Shown: positions 49,244 to 59,351 of the stretch, piece by piece
Numbering within the stretch: the stretch's first letter is position 1
Layout: every line of letters begins with the position of its first letter
Source of the DNA: Promethearchaeota archaeon
GTDB taxonomy: Archaea; Asgardarchaeota; Lokiarchaeia; Sigyniarchaeales; SOKP01
Reading direction: 5' to 3'
Assembly: GCA_016839555.1 (NCBI GenBank)
Contig: JAEOUA010000012.1
Span: 288,001 to 352,000 of the forward strand
DNA: 64,000 nt
Made by a program: the position numbers and the translations under genes
Notes under the pieces: generated by a model
The model's database searches: none
What the model saw: the letters and a program-made list of their open reading frames with translations, nothing else
Told to the model about the DNA's origin: nothing

Positions 49244-51469
49244 TTATCTATATAATTCTTCTGATGGTTCTTTTGCTACACTGTCATATACTTTCTGTGC
49301 TTTTTTCGCACCTTTTAATACTTTATCCATTGCTTGCCGAAAATCATCTGGTCCAATTTTTATAGCTTTTAGATTTTCTTCAGTATGAGTATCTAAGGCG
49401 GGATCAGCAATTGCTTTTCTTATTCTAATCAAAGTTGCCTCTTCGCATATTGCAGCAATATCTGCTCCCGTAAATCCATCTAATTCTTTTGCCATATTTT
49501 CTATTGAAATACTCTCTTTTAAGGGCTTCCCTCTTAGATGTATTTTAAATATTTCTTTTCTTGCTTTTTCATCGGGCATCGGAATCTCAATATGTTTTCC
49601 AAATCTTCCTGAACGCAATAATGCGGGATCTAACATGTCCGCACGATTAGTTGCTGCTAATAAGATTACATCTTTTAAACCCTCAAGGCCATCCATTTCA
49701 GTTAATAATTGAGAGACAACTTGTTCCATAACACTAGATCCGATGTTTCGACCGCGCACACCAGCAATCGCATCGATTTCATCAAAGAAAATTATACATG
49801 GAGCTGCTGAACGTGCCTTTCTGAAAGTTTCTCTCACTGCTTTTTCGCTCTCTCCCACCCATTTGGATAAAAACTCTGGACCTTTAACAGAAATAAAATT
49901 TACTTCACTTTCATTTGCTAATGCCTTAGCGATCAAAGTCTTACCTGTTCCTGGTCTTCCATATAACATGATTCCATTAGGTGGCTTGGATTTTAAATGT
50001 TTATATAATTCAGGATATTTTAATGGCCATTCAACAACTTCCCTTAACTCATCTATTACTTCATTTAAGCCTCCTATATCATCCCAAGTCTCACTAGGCT
50101 GAGTTATTAATACTTCTCTTAATGCTGAAGGTTCAATTCCAAGTAATGCTTCTTGAAAATTTTCATTTGTTATTTTTAATCTCATTAATACTTCCTGTGG
50201 AATGGGTTTATCTAAATCAAGACTAGGTAATATCTCTCGAATTGCTAACATTGCTGCCTCTTTCGCGAGCGCTTGAAGATCAGCCCCGACAAATCCATGC
50301 GTTTTTTCAGCAATTTGTCGTAGATCTACATCCTCATGATGAGGCATTCCACGTGTGTGAATTAAAAGTATTTCATATCTTCCTTCTGTGTCTGGGACAC
50401 CTAATTCAATCTCTCTGTCAAATCGACCAGGCCTTCTCAATGCAGTGTCAACATCATTTACTCTATTGGTAGCTGCTATTACTATTATTTTACCTCGGGC
50501 TTCTAATCCATCCATAAGCGATAATAATTGAGCCACAACTCTTCGCTCTACCTCACCAGTAACTTCTGCTCGTTTGGGCGCTATTGAATCTAATTCGTCA
50601 ATAAAAATTATAGAAGGAGCATTTTCTTTCGCTTCTTCAAATACTTTCCGTAAATTTTCTTCACTTTGCCCATAAAATTTGCTCATTATTTCCGGGCCAC
50701 TTATCGTAATAAAATGAGCATCGGTTTCATATGCTACTGCACGAGCTAATAGAGTTTTTCCTGTTCCTGGTGGACCATGAAGTAATACTCCTTTTGGAGG
50801 ATCAATTCCTATTCGTTTAAAAATTTCTGGATGCTTAATTGGTAATTCTATCATTTCTCTAATTTTTTGAATTTCATCTGCTAGTCCTCCAATATCCTCA
50901 TAGGTTACCCTAGCATTTTCAAGTTCTATTAATTCTTTATGACTCTTTTCACTTAAGATAATTTCTGTATCTAAATGAATCCTCACCGCATCTGCTTTAG
51001 GACTAAATCTTACAACAATCAAATCTACTCGTCGACCATAGGCATAAAAACTTAAAATATCATTCTTTGTAATGACTCTATTTTCTAATTTATTTGCTAA
51101 TTGTTGGGAATTCCTTAGAATTACGGCCTCTTCTAATCCGGCAAATACAACTATTTTTGCAAGAGCCGCATCTATCTTTCGAATCACTACAATATCATCT
51201 ATCGAAGCTTTCAGATTTCTTCTTAGTGATGCATCCATCCTTATGATATTTGTCTCACTATCCTCAGCTTTTCCAGGATATAATAATGCAGCAGTACTTT
51301 CTAAAGTTTGAGGATGATTAATTTCTATAACATCTCCAGTTTTCCACCCTTGGAGATCTACAAGCGCCGGATCAATTCTTACTCTTCCTCGACCTGCATC
51401 TTGCTTGAAGGCATCTTTTACACGGACTTTTCTGCCTGAGCGCCCTCCCGCTTCAGCCATCTCACTCAT
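49244..51469 (-). CDS. cdc48: Cdc48/VAT AAA+ ATPase
   Basis: N-domain, two AAA modules ([32 protein letters not shown]), C-terminal LYR (HbYX). Confidence 0.96.
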   Translation of the reverse strand: MSEMAEAGGRSGRKVRVKDAFKQDAGRGRVRIDPALVDLQGWKTGDVIEINHPQTLESTAALLYPGKAEDSETNIIRMDASLRRNLKASIDDIVVIRKIDAALAKIVVFAGLEEAVILRNSQQLANKLENRVITKNDILSFYAYGRRVDLIVVRFSPKADAVRIHLDTEIILSEKSHKELIELENARVTYEDIGGLADEIQKIREMIELPIKHPEIFKRIGIDPPKGVLLHGPPGTGKTLLARAVAYETDAHFITISGPEIMSKFYGQSEENLRKVFEEAKENAPSIIFIDELDSIAPKRAEVTGEVERRVVAQLLSLMDGLEARGKIIVIAATNRVNDVDTALRRPGRFDREIELGVPDTEGRYEILLIHTRGMPHHEDVDLRQIAEKTHGFVGADLQALAKEAAMLAIREILPSLDLDKPIPQEVLMRLKITNENFQEALLGIEPSALREVLITQPSETWDDIGGLNEVIDELREVVEWPLKYPELYKHLKSKPPNGIMLYGRPGTGKTLIAKALANESEVNFISVKGPEFLSKWVGESEKAVRETFRKARSAAPCIIFFDEIDAIAGVRGRNIGSSVMEQVVSQLLTEMDGLEGLKDVILLAATNRADMLDPALLRSGRFGKHIEIPMPDEKARKEIFKIHLRGKPLKESISIENMAKELDGFTGADIAAICEEATLIRIRKAIADPALDTHTEENLKAIKIGPDDFRQAMDKVLKGAKKAQKVYDSVAKEPSEELYR

Positions 51470-51524
51470 ATTTTTTATCCTTTTGTTTATTTATATTATT
51501 AATATTAAAATTTTATAATTAAAT

Positions 51525-52172
51525 CTATTTCTTTTTACATTTAAAGAACACTATTCCATTATTTATCTCTAATGTGTCGTTTAATATTGAACTCTTACAA
51601 GGTAATTGAATTATTTTATTATATCTTTTCTTATCGTTTTCCGCATTGAAATTTAATAACTTATTTTGATCATCTAAACTTATGAAAATATCACTCTCTT
51701 TAATTCCTGGAGCCTCTATTATTACTTCGAATTTATCATCCAAATCGATTAATTCGACATTTGGTTCAGTAAATTCTTTTTTATCCGAATTTCCTTGAGG
51801 CTCTTTTAATGATAGGTTTTTTGCATCTACAATTTTTTGAGGATTTTCTTGATTTATGTTTGATTGAAATAATTTATTAAAATTTGGATGGGGTCCCCCA
51901 ATAAATTTCATTCGTTTTAAATAATCTTCCAGTTTATCTTTATTAAAATTACCGTGAATTTTTATATCTGGCTTATCCATGCCCTTTTCATAATGATAGG
52001 AAATCTTAAAGCCTTTATCCTCTGGATCCAACCCAAATTTCTCTCCTAATCCACTACTAGGGAAAATATAAAATTCGGCATCAAATACATCTGAATCTAT
52101 ATTGAATTTATTCTTAATTCTCTCTATAAATTCATCGTATTCATCATCATCTTCATCAAACTCATCAGACAT
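51525..52172 (-). CDS. Small heat-shock protein (Hsp20/alpha-crystallin domain)
   Basis: GFKISY..GMDKPDI..GN N-region; EPNVELID..FEVIIEAPGI..YNKIIQLP..NNGI. Confidence 0.8.
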   Translation of the reverse strand: MSDEFDEDDDEYDEFIERIKNKFNIDSDVFDAEFYIFPSSGLGEKFGLDPEDKGFKISYHYEKGMDKPDIKIHGNFNKDKLEDYLKRMKFIGGPHPNFNKLFQSNINQENPQKIVDAKNLSLKEPQGNSDKKEFTEPNVELIDLDDKFEVIIEAPGIKESDIFISLDDQNKLLNFNAENDKKRYNKIIQLPCKSSILNDTLEINNGIVFFKCKKK

Positions 52173-52205
52173 ATCTTACACCTTTTTTTAAAAAATATTA
52201 TATTA

Positions 52206-52240
52206 TGTCAATAAATACTTTACAACTCAAGATTTATAAA
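52206..52240 (-). promoter_or_regulatory. TATA box (TTTATAAA 52233-52240) and candidate operator of the hsp20-cdc48 operon
   Basis: Imperfect palindrome TGTCAA-N7-TTTACA (52206-52224) between the TATA box and the start codon. Confidence 0.45.
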
Positions 52241-52411
52241 TCGATTTTACTATTTAAATATTACCTTCAACTTTTATAAGAAAATATATACTTTTATTTA
52301 TGCTTAACAAGCTACAAAAGAACTCCAACATACACATAAAAAACCTCCTTTTAATGATTTGAGTTTTCATATATTTTTTATTTTTAACCAATTTTTATGA
52401 TCTGTTTAAAG

Positions 52412-54394
52412 TTATTCATAATATTTTTTTATTAAATCTAAAATCTCGGATCTTCTTAGATTGAAGAGTCTGAAAAATAATATATCTATAAGCTTCTTTA
52501 CTTGAATTTGATCTTTATTTTCAATCATAGGTTCTAAACTAAACTTCTCTCCAGAAAGCTCATTCTCTAAAATATTTTCTGCGGGCTCTAATTTATTTAA
52601 TATTAATTTACTAAAGGAATTATTATTTTCTTGTTCCGAGTAATTATTCCATATAATCAATAATGAACTAAGGTATTCGATAAATGAAATAATGGTCTTT
52701 TGATCCTTTGAAGAAAAAATTTCTAAATTCGGAATAGGCAAATTATTTTCTAATTTGGTTTTACTTCTTTTTATTGTTATATTTTTTGCTCTATATAAAA
52801 AATAAACGAGTTGTGAGTTTAAATACGCTAAGAGAAAGAAATAATTAATCTTTTTTTCGGGTTTTTTAGGCCATAAAAAATATGTATCAGAAGTCGCAAA
52901 ATAGGAATTTTCTGTAAAGCCAAAAATATTAGAATTGGAAATATAGGGGAAAAAAATCTTTTTCTTTTTTTCATAGAAGGATTCAAGATCTACCAATTTT
53001 TTTTCTTTTTTATTAAACATTTTTATTCTATCTCCTCTTCGTGGAAAAAATATCCATGAAGGATTTTCTTTCGCGTTGATTAATCTTTCCTGTAATACTT
53101 TTTTAAACTGTTGTAAATATTTTGTAAGATTAGGGTAGTTATTTGAAAAATAGAGATCAATCTCTTTATCTGATTTATGAATTATCTCATATTTATTGAA
53201 ATAAATTACGTATCCTACAAATTCTTCTTTATCATACCCATATTTCTTTATGGCACTACTTTTATATAATTTTTTTAATCGCTGTTTTTCACTTTCTAAT
53301 AATTTCACATATTTTTCATCAATTTTAATATAGTACTCGTTATTCTCTATTTTAATTTGTTTTCCTTCCTTTAGGACAAATATCTCATCTGTAATGAAAA
53401 TTAATCCATTTCTAATAAGAAAATAATCTTTTAAATAAGAAATATTCCCATTTTTAACACAAAACATTTCAATCTGGTTCACAATTTTTTTTATATGTGT
53501 TGGATAAAGTAAATTCCATGATTGATTATGTTTTAAATTATTATTTGTCAAGGCAGAAAAATATGTTGTATAATATGGAGATGGACGATGGTTTATGATT
53601 TTTTTTGTAATATTTTGATTATATTCCAAATTTGTGTTAAATAAATCTTGTTTTTCCTCTATTTGAATTATATTAATAGATTTATTTTCATGGGCTTGTA
53701 TCTCTTGTTGATTTTTTTTCTGTAGAATAAAAATGCAATTATGTTGTCCTAGTGCATTTTCGAAAATTAGGAGATTCGATAAATCAATATATTCAAGTAA
53801 AAGACATTGATTTAGCACATGGGGCTTCAAATATTTAATACCAGTCTTTTCTGATTTTGTTATCCAGTAGTTGGTGGTAATATATGATAATAATCCTCCT
53901 GGGCTTAATTTTTTTATTCCCATATGAATAAAATAATAAAAAATATCCATATTTCCAACGAAATATTTCTTGCAAATATCAAATTCTTGTACATATTGTT
54001 GAAATAGAGATGAATTATAATTCTGCCCTAAATAAGGGGGATTTCCAATAATAATATCAAATTTTTCCTTAGTATCCGCTCCCAGAAAATTCTTAAATTT
54101 AAAATTTACCTTAGGAAATTTTTTGAGTAAGAAAGGTTTAAAAGATTCATCTAATTCATAAGCGGTTATATTGGAAGCTGAAAATCCATACTTGATAAGC
54201 CGCTCTAAGAAAGCACCTCTCCCAACACAAGGCTCTAATACCTTAATAGATCCTAAATCCGGAAAAGTTTTATCTATATTTAAATTCTTGAGATAATGAA
54301 TTACTCTTGAAATCATTAGATCAGCAATATAGTTTGGAGTAAATATTTGACTTATTGATTTATTGGGAGATTCCATCTGTTTTTCAAAATACAT
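52412..54394 (-). CDS. N6-adenine DNA methyltransferase (TaqI/Eco57I-like), no cognate endonuclease adjacent
   Basis: QIFTP, VLEPCVGRGAF, FDIIIGNPPY, C-terminal LAYLNS/LPIP TaqI_C-like region. Confidence 0.88.
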   Translation of the reverse strand: MYFEKQMESPNKSISQIFTPNYIADLMISRVIHYLKNLNIDKTFPDLGSIKVLEPCVGRGAFLERLIKYGFSASNITAYELDESFKPFLLKKFPKVNFKFKNFLGADTKEKFDIIIGNPPYLGQNYNSSLFQQYVQEFDICKKYFVGNMDIFYYFIHMGIKKLSPGGLLSYITTNYWITKSEKTGIKYLKPHVLNQCLLLEYIDLSNLLIFENALGQHNCIFILQKKNQQEIQAHENKSINIIQIEEKQDLFNTNLEYNQNITKKIINHRPSPYYTTYFSALTNNNLKHNQSWNLLYPTHIKKIVNQIEMFCVKNGNISYLKDYFLIRNGLIFITDEIFVLKEGKQIKIENNEYYIKIDEKYVKLLESEKQRLKKLYKSSAIKKYGYDKEEFVGYVIYFNKYEIIHKSDKEIDLYFSNNYPNLTKYLQQFKKVLQERLINAKENPSWIFFPRRGDRIKMFNKKEKKLVDLESFYEKKKKIFFPYISNSNIFGFTENSYFATSDTYFLWPKKPEKKINYFFLLAYLNSQLVYFLYRAKNITIKRSKTKLENNLPIPNLEIFSSKDQKTIISFIEYLSSLLIIWNNYSEQENNNSFSKLILNKLEPAENILENELSGEKFSLEPMIENKDQIQVKKLIDILFFRLFNLRRSEILDLIKKYYE

Positions 54395-54559
54395 CTAAGA
54401 GAGCTTTTATATTTTATGTTAATTAGAAATGAGTTCCTTATAAATAATTTACTATTTCCTTCACTAAAATATATTCTATATTAAAATACTAATAAACATC
54501 CTTTTTTTCAAATTTAGAAAAAGGAAAAAATTTAGAAAAATAAAAAACAACTAAAAAGT

Positions 54560-56077
54560 TCATTCATGATGATGATGCTTATGCTTGATATTTACTGGTT
54601 GTAAATTGCCGATAGCCCATCCTGTGACCTCATTTAAGGAGGGGTGAATCACCATCGAGTCATAGATTGGCATAAAAGAACCAGCATCAGGGCATGCCCG
54701 CTCTAATTTTGGTATTGCTTCAGGAGGCTCCGATTCTGGAAATTGACATGAGTATCCCGAATTCATTAAATATACAAAAGGTTGAATAAGGATGGCAGCA
54801 TGAGGACCTATAATATTAGCGCCTAAAATTTTGTAGGATTTATCAACAACTAATTTTACTAATCCATTTTCAATATCATCTTTTGTGATTCCCATCGCAA
54901 ATCCTTTCGCAACAGAAGAATATCTTTTTTTAGCAACAAAAATCTCATATCCTTTCTCAATGGCTTCTTGTTCCGTCATTCCAACGTGTCCAATTTGAGG
55001 ATAACTAAAAATTGCCCAGGGAACTGCTGAATAATCTACACTCCGTTTTTGATCTGAGGGACCAAAAATATTATAAGTCACCAGTTCCGATTCATAATTT
55101 CCTTTATGGCGAAATTGATACTTTCCACTATTGGCATCACCAATACACCAAATATTTTCCTTAGATGTCTCTAAATACTCATTAGTTTTAATCCAGCCCT
55201 TTTCATCGAGTTCTATTCCTGTTTTTTCAACTTTCAAGAGATCGGCATTTGATCTTCGCCCCGTTGCAATTAATATTTCTTCCGCACTGACTCCTTGTTC
55301 CTCCTCTGAATGTGTGTCTTGAATGATAACTACCTTTTTTCCCTTTTTATTTTTTACTTCCACGGCTCTTTTATTAAGCAATATATTCATATGTTTCTTA
55401 AAATTGGTTTCTAAAATCCTACTCACTTCTGGTTCTTCGGTCGAGACTAAACGAGGAAGCATTTCTATAATAGTCACCTTGGTACCTAGTGCTGAAAAAA
55501 TATGGGCAAATTCAGCGGCAATAATCCCTCCTCCAATTATTATTAAGCTTTTCCAAGGGTTTTTGGGAAATTTTTCACCGAAAAAGGTCTCACTAGTAAT
55601 ATAATCGATTTCTTCAATCCCTTTTATAGGAGGTATAAAGGATCGAGCTCCTGAGGCAATTAAAAACCTTTCACTTTTAAATTCTGCCATCTTTTTATCA
55701 TCTGAATTGAGAATTTGCATTTGATATTCACCGGTAAACTCCCCTCTTCCCCGATATAATCTTAAATTTGGAACCTGAGATAAACCCTTTTCCATTTCTT
55801 TTGATTCATTAATTTGACTCCACATTCTTTCAGAGATCAGATCCCAATCGATACCTTTTATCTGAAATTGAACTCCCACATTAGATGCATGATTCGCTTC
55901 TCTAATGATATCCGCGGGATAAACTAATACTTTTGAAGGGATACAGCCTCGCGTTAAACAAGTCCCTCCGATTTTGTCATTTTCGACTAAAGCACATTTT
56001 AAATTCATGTTAAGAGCTGTGTTTAACACATTTAAACCTACTCCACTACCTATAACAACAAAGTCATATTCGTCCAT
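54560..56077 (-). CDS. Flavoprotein disulfide reductase (dihydrolipoamide dehydrogenase/mycothione reductase-like)
   Basis: GSGVG, GGTCLTRGCIPSK, GGGIIAAE, ATGR, IGD, HPSLNE; His-rich C-terminus. Confidence 0.9.
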   Translation of the reverse strand: MDEYDFVVIGSGVGLNVLNTALNMNLKCALVENDKIGGTCLTRGCIPSKVLVYPADIIREANHASNVGVQFQIKGIDWDLISERMWSQINESKEMEKGLSQVPNLRLYRGRGEFTGEYQMQILNSDDKKMAEFKSERFLIASGARSFIPPIKGIEEIDYITSETFFGEKFPKNPWKSLIIIGGGIIAAEFAHIFSALGTKVTIIEMLPRLVSTEEPEVSRILETNFKKHMNILLNKRAVEVKNKKGKKVVIIQDTHSEEEQGVSAEEILIATGRRSNADLLKVEKTGIELDEKGWIKTNEYLETSKENIWCIGDANSGKYQFRHKGNYESELVTYNIFGPSDQKRSVDYSAVPWAIFSYPQIGHVGMTEQEAIEKGYEIFVAKKRYSSVAKGFAMGITKDDIENGLVKLVVDKSYKILGANIIGPHAAILIQPFVYLMNSGYSCQFPESEPPEAIPKLERACPDAGSFMPIYDSMVIHPSLNEVTGWAIGNLQPVNIKHKHHHHE

Positions 56078-56289
56078 AATATAATAGCGATTTATACTAT
56101 TTTTAAAGTTTATACTAATAATATAAAAAAAACGAATAACACTTTTCCTTTTAATCTTATAATAGTATATTAATTAGTCAATTAAGACTTAGAAAAAGAT
56201 TAAATAATCACATATAATAAATTAAATTTCATTAAAGGAAAAAAAGGAAAAAAAAAGTTTAATTTTTTAATCCTATTATTTTTATTGCA

Positions 56290-57213
56290 TTAATTTGACG
56301 CTTCGATTATAGATTTGAGTTTGGGAAATATTGCAGGATAATGCACAGCCATGCAATGAATTCCATCAAGTAGCCCCTTTCTTCTCAATTCTGTAATGAA
56401 TGGTTTGAAAAATTCATAATTAGCTTGGGCATATGCGTCTTTTTGCTCCTTTTTGTCCGTTATTTCTTTCTTTATTGATTTCCATTGAGCTAAAATATCT
56501 GGTGGAACACTTACTCCTGGAACAAACTCATCAAAACCTTTCGCAATTCCATAACTTTTCATCGGAAAAATCCCAAGCAATACAGGTACTTTATACTTTC
56601 TTATTTCCGTGAGAAATTCTATGGTTCTCTCAAGATCATATACTACTTGAGTTTGCAAGAATTCCGCACCTGCTTCTGCTTTTCTTCCAATTTTTAGAAC
56701 TTCTGCTCCCATAGGATCTGCATTTGGATTCGCAGCAGCCCCCACATGAAGTGTTGGAGGGCATTCAATCTCTTTTCCATTTATAGAACCCTTATCAACC
56801 ATTTCCCTAACGAGACTACATAAAGTAGCAGAATCTAAATCAAATACAGGTTTTGATTCGGGCATGTCGCCCATTGCTGGATGATCACCGGTAAGGGAGA
56901 GAACATTTCTAATTCCTAATGCATGAGCGCCCATAATCATTCCCGCAATCCCTAATTTATTAACATCCCTTACCGTTAATTGCCAAATACATTCTAAATT
57001 TGCCTCTTTTTGAATGATATGAGTTGCTGCCATAGAGTTAATCGTGACAATACCCAATGGTGAATCAGTAACATTTGCCCCCACAACATAAGGCGCCATT
57101 TCCCTAGCTTCTTGAATTGTATGGGAAAGGTCGCAGGTCTTCTCAGGCTCAAGCTCACCTGTAAGGATGAACTCTCCTTTTTCTAACATTTCTCCTAATT
57201 TTGAATACGCCAT
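56290..57213 (-). CDS. metF: Methylenetetrahydrofolate reductase
   Basis: TGELEP, NVTD, QLTVRD.N, LSLTGDHP, AGAEFLQTQVVYD. Confidence 0.9.
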   Translation of the reverse strand: MAYSKLGEMLEKGEFILTGELEPEKTCDLSHTIQEAREMAPYVVGANVTDSPLGIVTINSMAATHIIQKEANLECIWQLTVRDVNKLGIAGMIMGAHALGIRNVLSLTGDHPAMGDMPESKPVFDLDSATLCSLVREMVDKGSINGKEIECPPTLHVGAAANPNADPMGAEVLKIGRKAEAGAEFLQTQVVYDLERTIEFLTEIRKYKVPVLLGIFPMKSYGIAKGFDEFVPGVSVPPDILAQWKSIKKEITDKKEQKDAYAQANYEFFKPFITELRRKGLLDGIHCMAVHYPAIFPKLKSIIEASN

Positions 57214-57227
57214 TTTTTTTAATCACC

Positions 57228-57899
57228 TCATCTAAAAACAACTTCTCTTTGATGACCAGATTCACTCCAATCCCGTGGAGGTCGTAATTTTGCAAATAAA
57301 TCAAGCCTTCCCAAATCTTTTAGTCGATTATATATCAGAACCCAACCACAATCTTTTTCATAATTGCCCACTTCACATTTACCTTCAACCATGCCACCAC
57401 ATGGGCCGTTCATGAGCGCCTTCGCACAGGTGGTAATTGGACAAATTCCTCCGGTCTCATTAAGCAAACAATCCCCACATCCTTGACAGCGCATATAAAA
57501 TCGGCCGATCCGTTCTGTCATTCCCATAAACTCCGTATTATTAGGAATTATTACCGGAATTTCGGGATGTGTTTTTTCTAAAACTTTAATTATGGATTGA
57601 ACTCCAAGTCCACAGCTTAAAGTTAAAATTGCATCTGCTTGAGCGAGCTCATCTTCAATTTTGCGCAAATCTTTTCTCATTACTCTATTATCACATACAT
57701 CCTCGCTCACTATGCCAGTTAGGACTTGAATTCCCTTTTTCTCAAGCTTTTCAGTCCATTCTTCTAAACCTTCGGTACCTCCAGTTTGACAGAGAGCCGC
57801 ACATACGCCACATGAAACAATAACAGCCTTTTTTACATTATATCTTTCAAGAGCGTCAAAAACTTCCTCTTCAGGCTTTTTTGTTGTAATTACAACCAT
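57228..57899 (-). CDS. metV: MetV-type Fe-S/Zn partner of MTHFR
   Basis: CGVCAALCQTGG, SCGLGVQ, CQGCGDC, CPITTCAKALMNGPCGG, CEV, CGW; directly upstream of metF. Confidence 0.88.
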   Translation of the reverse strand: MVVITTKKPEEEVFDALERYNVKKAVIVSCGVCAALCQTGGTEGLEEWTEKLEKKGIQVLTGIVSEDVCDNRVMRKDLRKIEDELAQADAILTLSCGLGVQSIIKVLEKTHPEIPVIIPNNTEFMGMTERIGRFYMRCQGCGDCLLNETGGICPITTCAKALMNGPCGGMVEGKCEVGNYEKDCGWVLIYNRLKDLGRLDLFAKLRPPRDWSESGHQREVVFR

Positions 57900-58164
57900 G
57901 ATTTTTTTATACCTTATAAATTTGTATTTTAAAATCTAATATAAAGATGATCAATATTAATAATTTGATTAAGAAAATAATTAACTGCAATTAAGGTTTA
58001 TTCTTATGGATAGTAACACAAAAATTATAGCTATGAAGAATAAAAAAATTGTCAAAAAACGATAATAAAATAAACAAAGTTATTTAATTATGAAAATGTC
58101 CCAATTTTGTAAAAATTATATTTTAATTATGCTTAACTAGAACTATAATAAAACAAAATAGATT

Positions 58165-59316
58165 ATGTGTCCAAACTTAACAAATAGGGAAAGGTTTCTA
58201 AATACTTTCGCTAGGAAAAAAATTGATCAAATTTGCTATTCTCCCAGGCTATATTACTGGTATTTAGGAAATAAACTATATAATAAGAGAAAGCGGCACT
58301 TAGAACAGCTAAAATCAAGGATTCCCGAGCGATTTTTGAAGAAGAGTCAATTGGAAATATATAATATGCTCCATGCTGCCCCGCGATATTCTGCGGAAAC
58401 ATTATATCTTCCTCTTTTCGAAACAGAAGTCGATCCCAAAGCAGGAATAGAGAAAAAAACAATAAGAGGTTCCAAAGAAAGTGAAACTATTACTAAATAC
58501 ATTACTCCTTTGGGAAATTTAACCCAAACAACGGCAATTGGAGGCGGGCTTGGGATTCATTATACCGAATTTCCAATAAAAGATGTCGAAGATATAAAAA
58601 TTATGAAATATATTTTTGAAAATACAAAATGTGTGTTTAATGAAAAGAACTATAAAAATGCAAAAGATATGTTAGGGGATAAAGGGGTATTGAGTGATTA
58701 TTTATTATCCTCTCCATACCAAAAATTAGTCAAGGAATTAATGGGTTTTGTGAGAACAACAATTCTCTTAAAGCGTAAACCAGATGAGATGGAAGATTTT
58801 TTTATGTTTTTAGAGAAATGGGATGACGATATGTATGAACAAGCTGCCAAGTCTCCGATATCAATTATAAATTTTGGGGAAAATATCGACTGCAATTTAT
58901 CTCCGCCCCCTCAATTTGAGAAATATCTCATACCTTATTATGAAAAACGAGTGAAGCAACTCCATAAAGCTGGAAAATACTGCCATATTCATATGGACGG
59001 GTCATTAAAAGATGTGCTCCCATATTTTGCAGACTTACCATTTGATGGATTAGAGGCATTAACAGCCCATCCGCAGGGAGATGTATCTTTAGAAGAATTA
59101 CAAGAAGCAATTGGCGATAAAATTTTATTAGATGGGATCCCTTCGATCCTCTTTTTACCCCAATATTCTAATGATTATGTAAGGGATTATGCTCAAAAAG
59201 TCTTAGAACTTTTTTCCCCCAGGCTAATCTTAGGTGTTTCCGATGAATTAAGTCCAAATGGCGACATTCGCAAAATAGAAATGATTGGCGAAGTAGTCAA
59301 GACATTTGAGCCATAA
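58165..59316 (+). CDS. Uroporphyrinogen decarboxylase/cobalamin methyltransferase (MtaA/CmuA-like) superfamily protein
   Basis: TNRERF start, YITPLG, LSPPQFEKYLIPYY, HIHMDG, LILG. Confidence 0.8.
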   Translation: MCPNLTNRERFLNTFARKKIDQICYSPRLYYWYLGNKLYNKRKRHLEQLKSRIPERFLKKSQLEIYNMLHAAPRYSAETLYLPLFETEVDPKAGIEKKTIRGSKESETITKYITPLGNLTQTTAIGGGLGIHYTEFPIKDVEDIKIMKYIFENTKCVFNEKNYKNAKDMLGDKGVLSDYLLSSPYQKLVKELMGFVRTTILLKRKPDEMEDFFMFLEKWDDDMYEQAAKSPISIINFGENIDCNLSPPPQFEKYLIPYYEKRVKQLHKAGKYCHIHMDGSLKDVLPYFADLPFDGLEALTAHPQGDVSLEELQEAIGDKILLDGIPSILFLPQYSNDYVRDYAQKVLELFSPRLILGVSDELSPNGDIRKIEMIGEVVKTFEP

Positions 59317-59351
59317 CAAAACGTTCTCTTTTATTTAAATTCATTTTCTTC

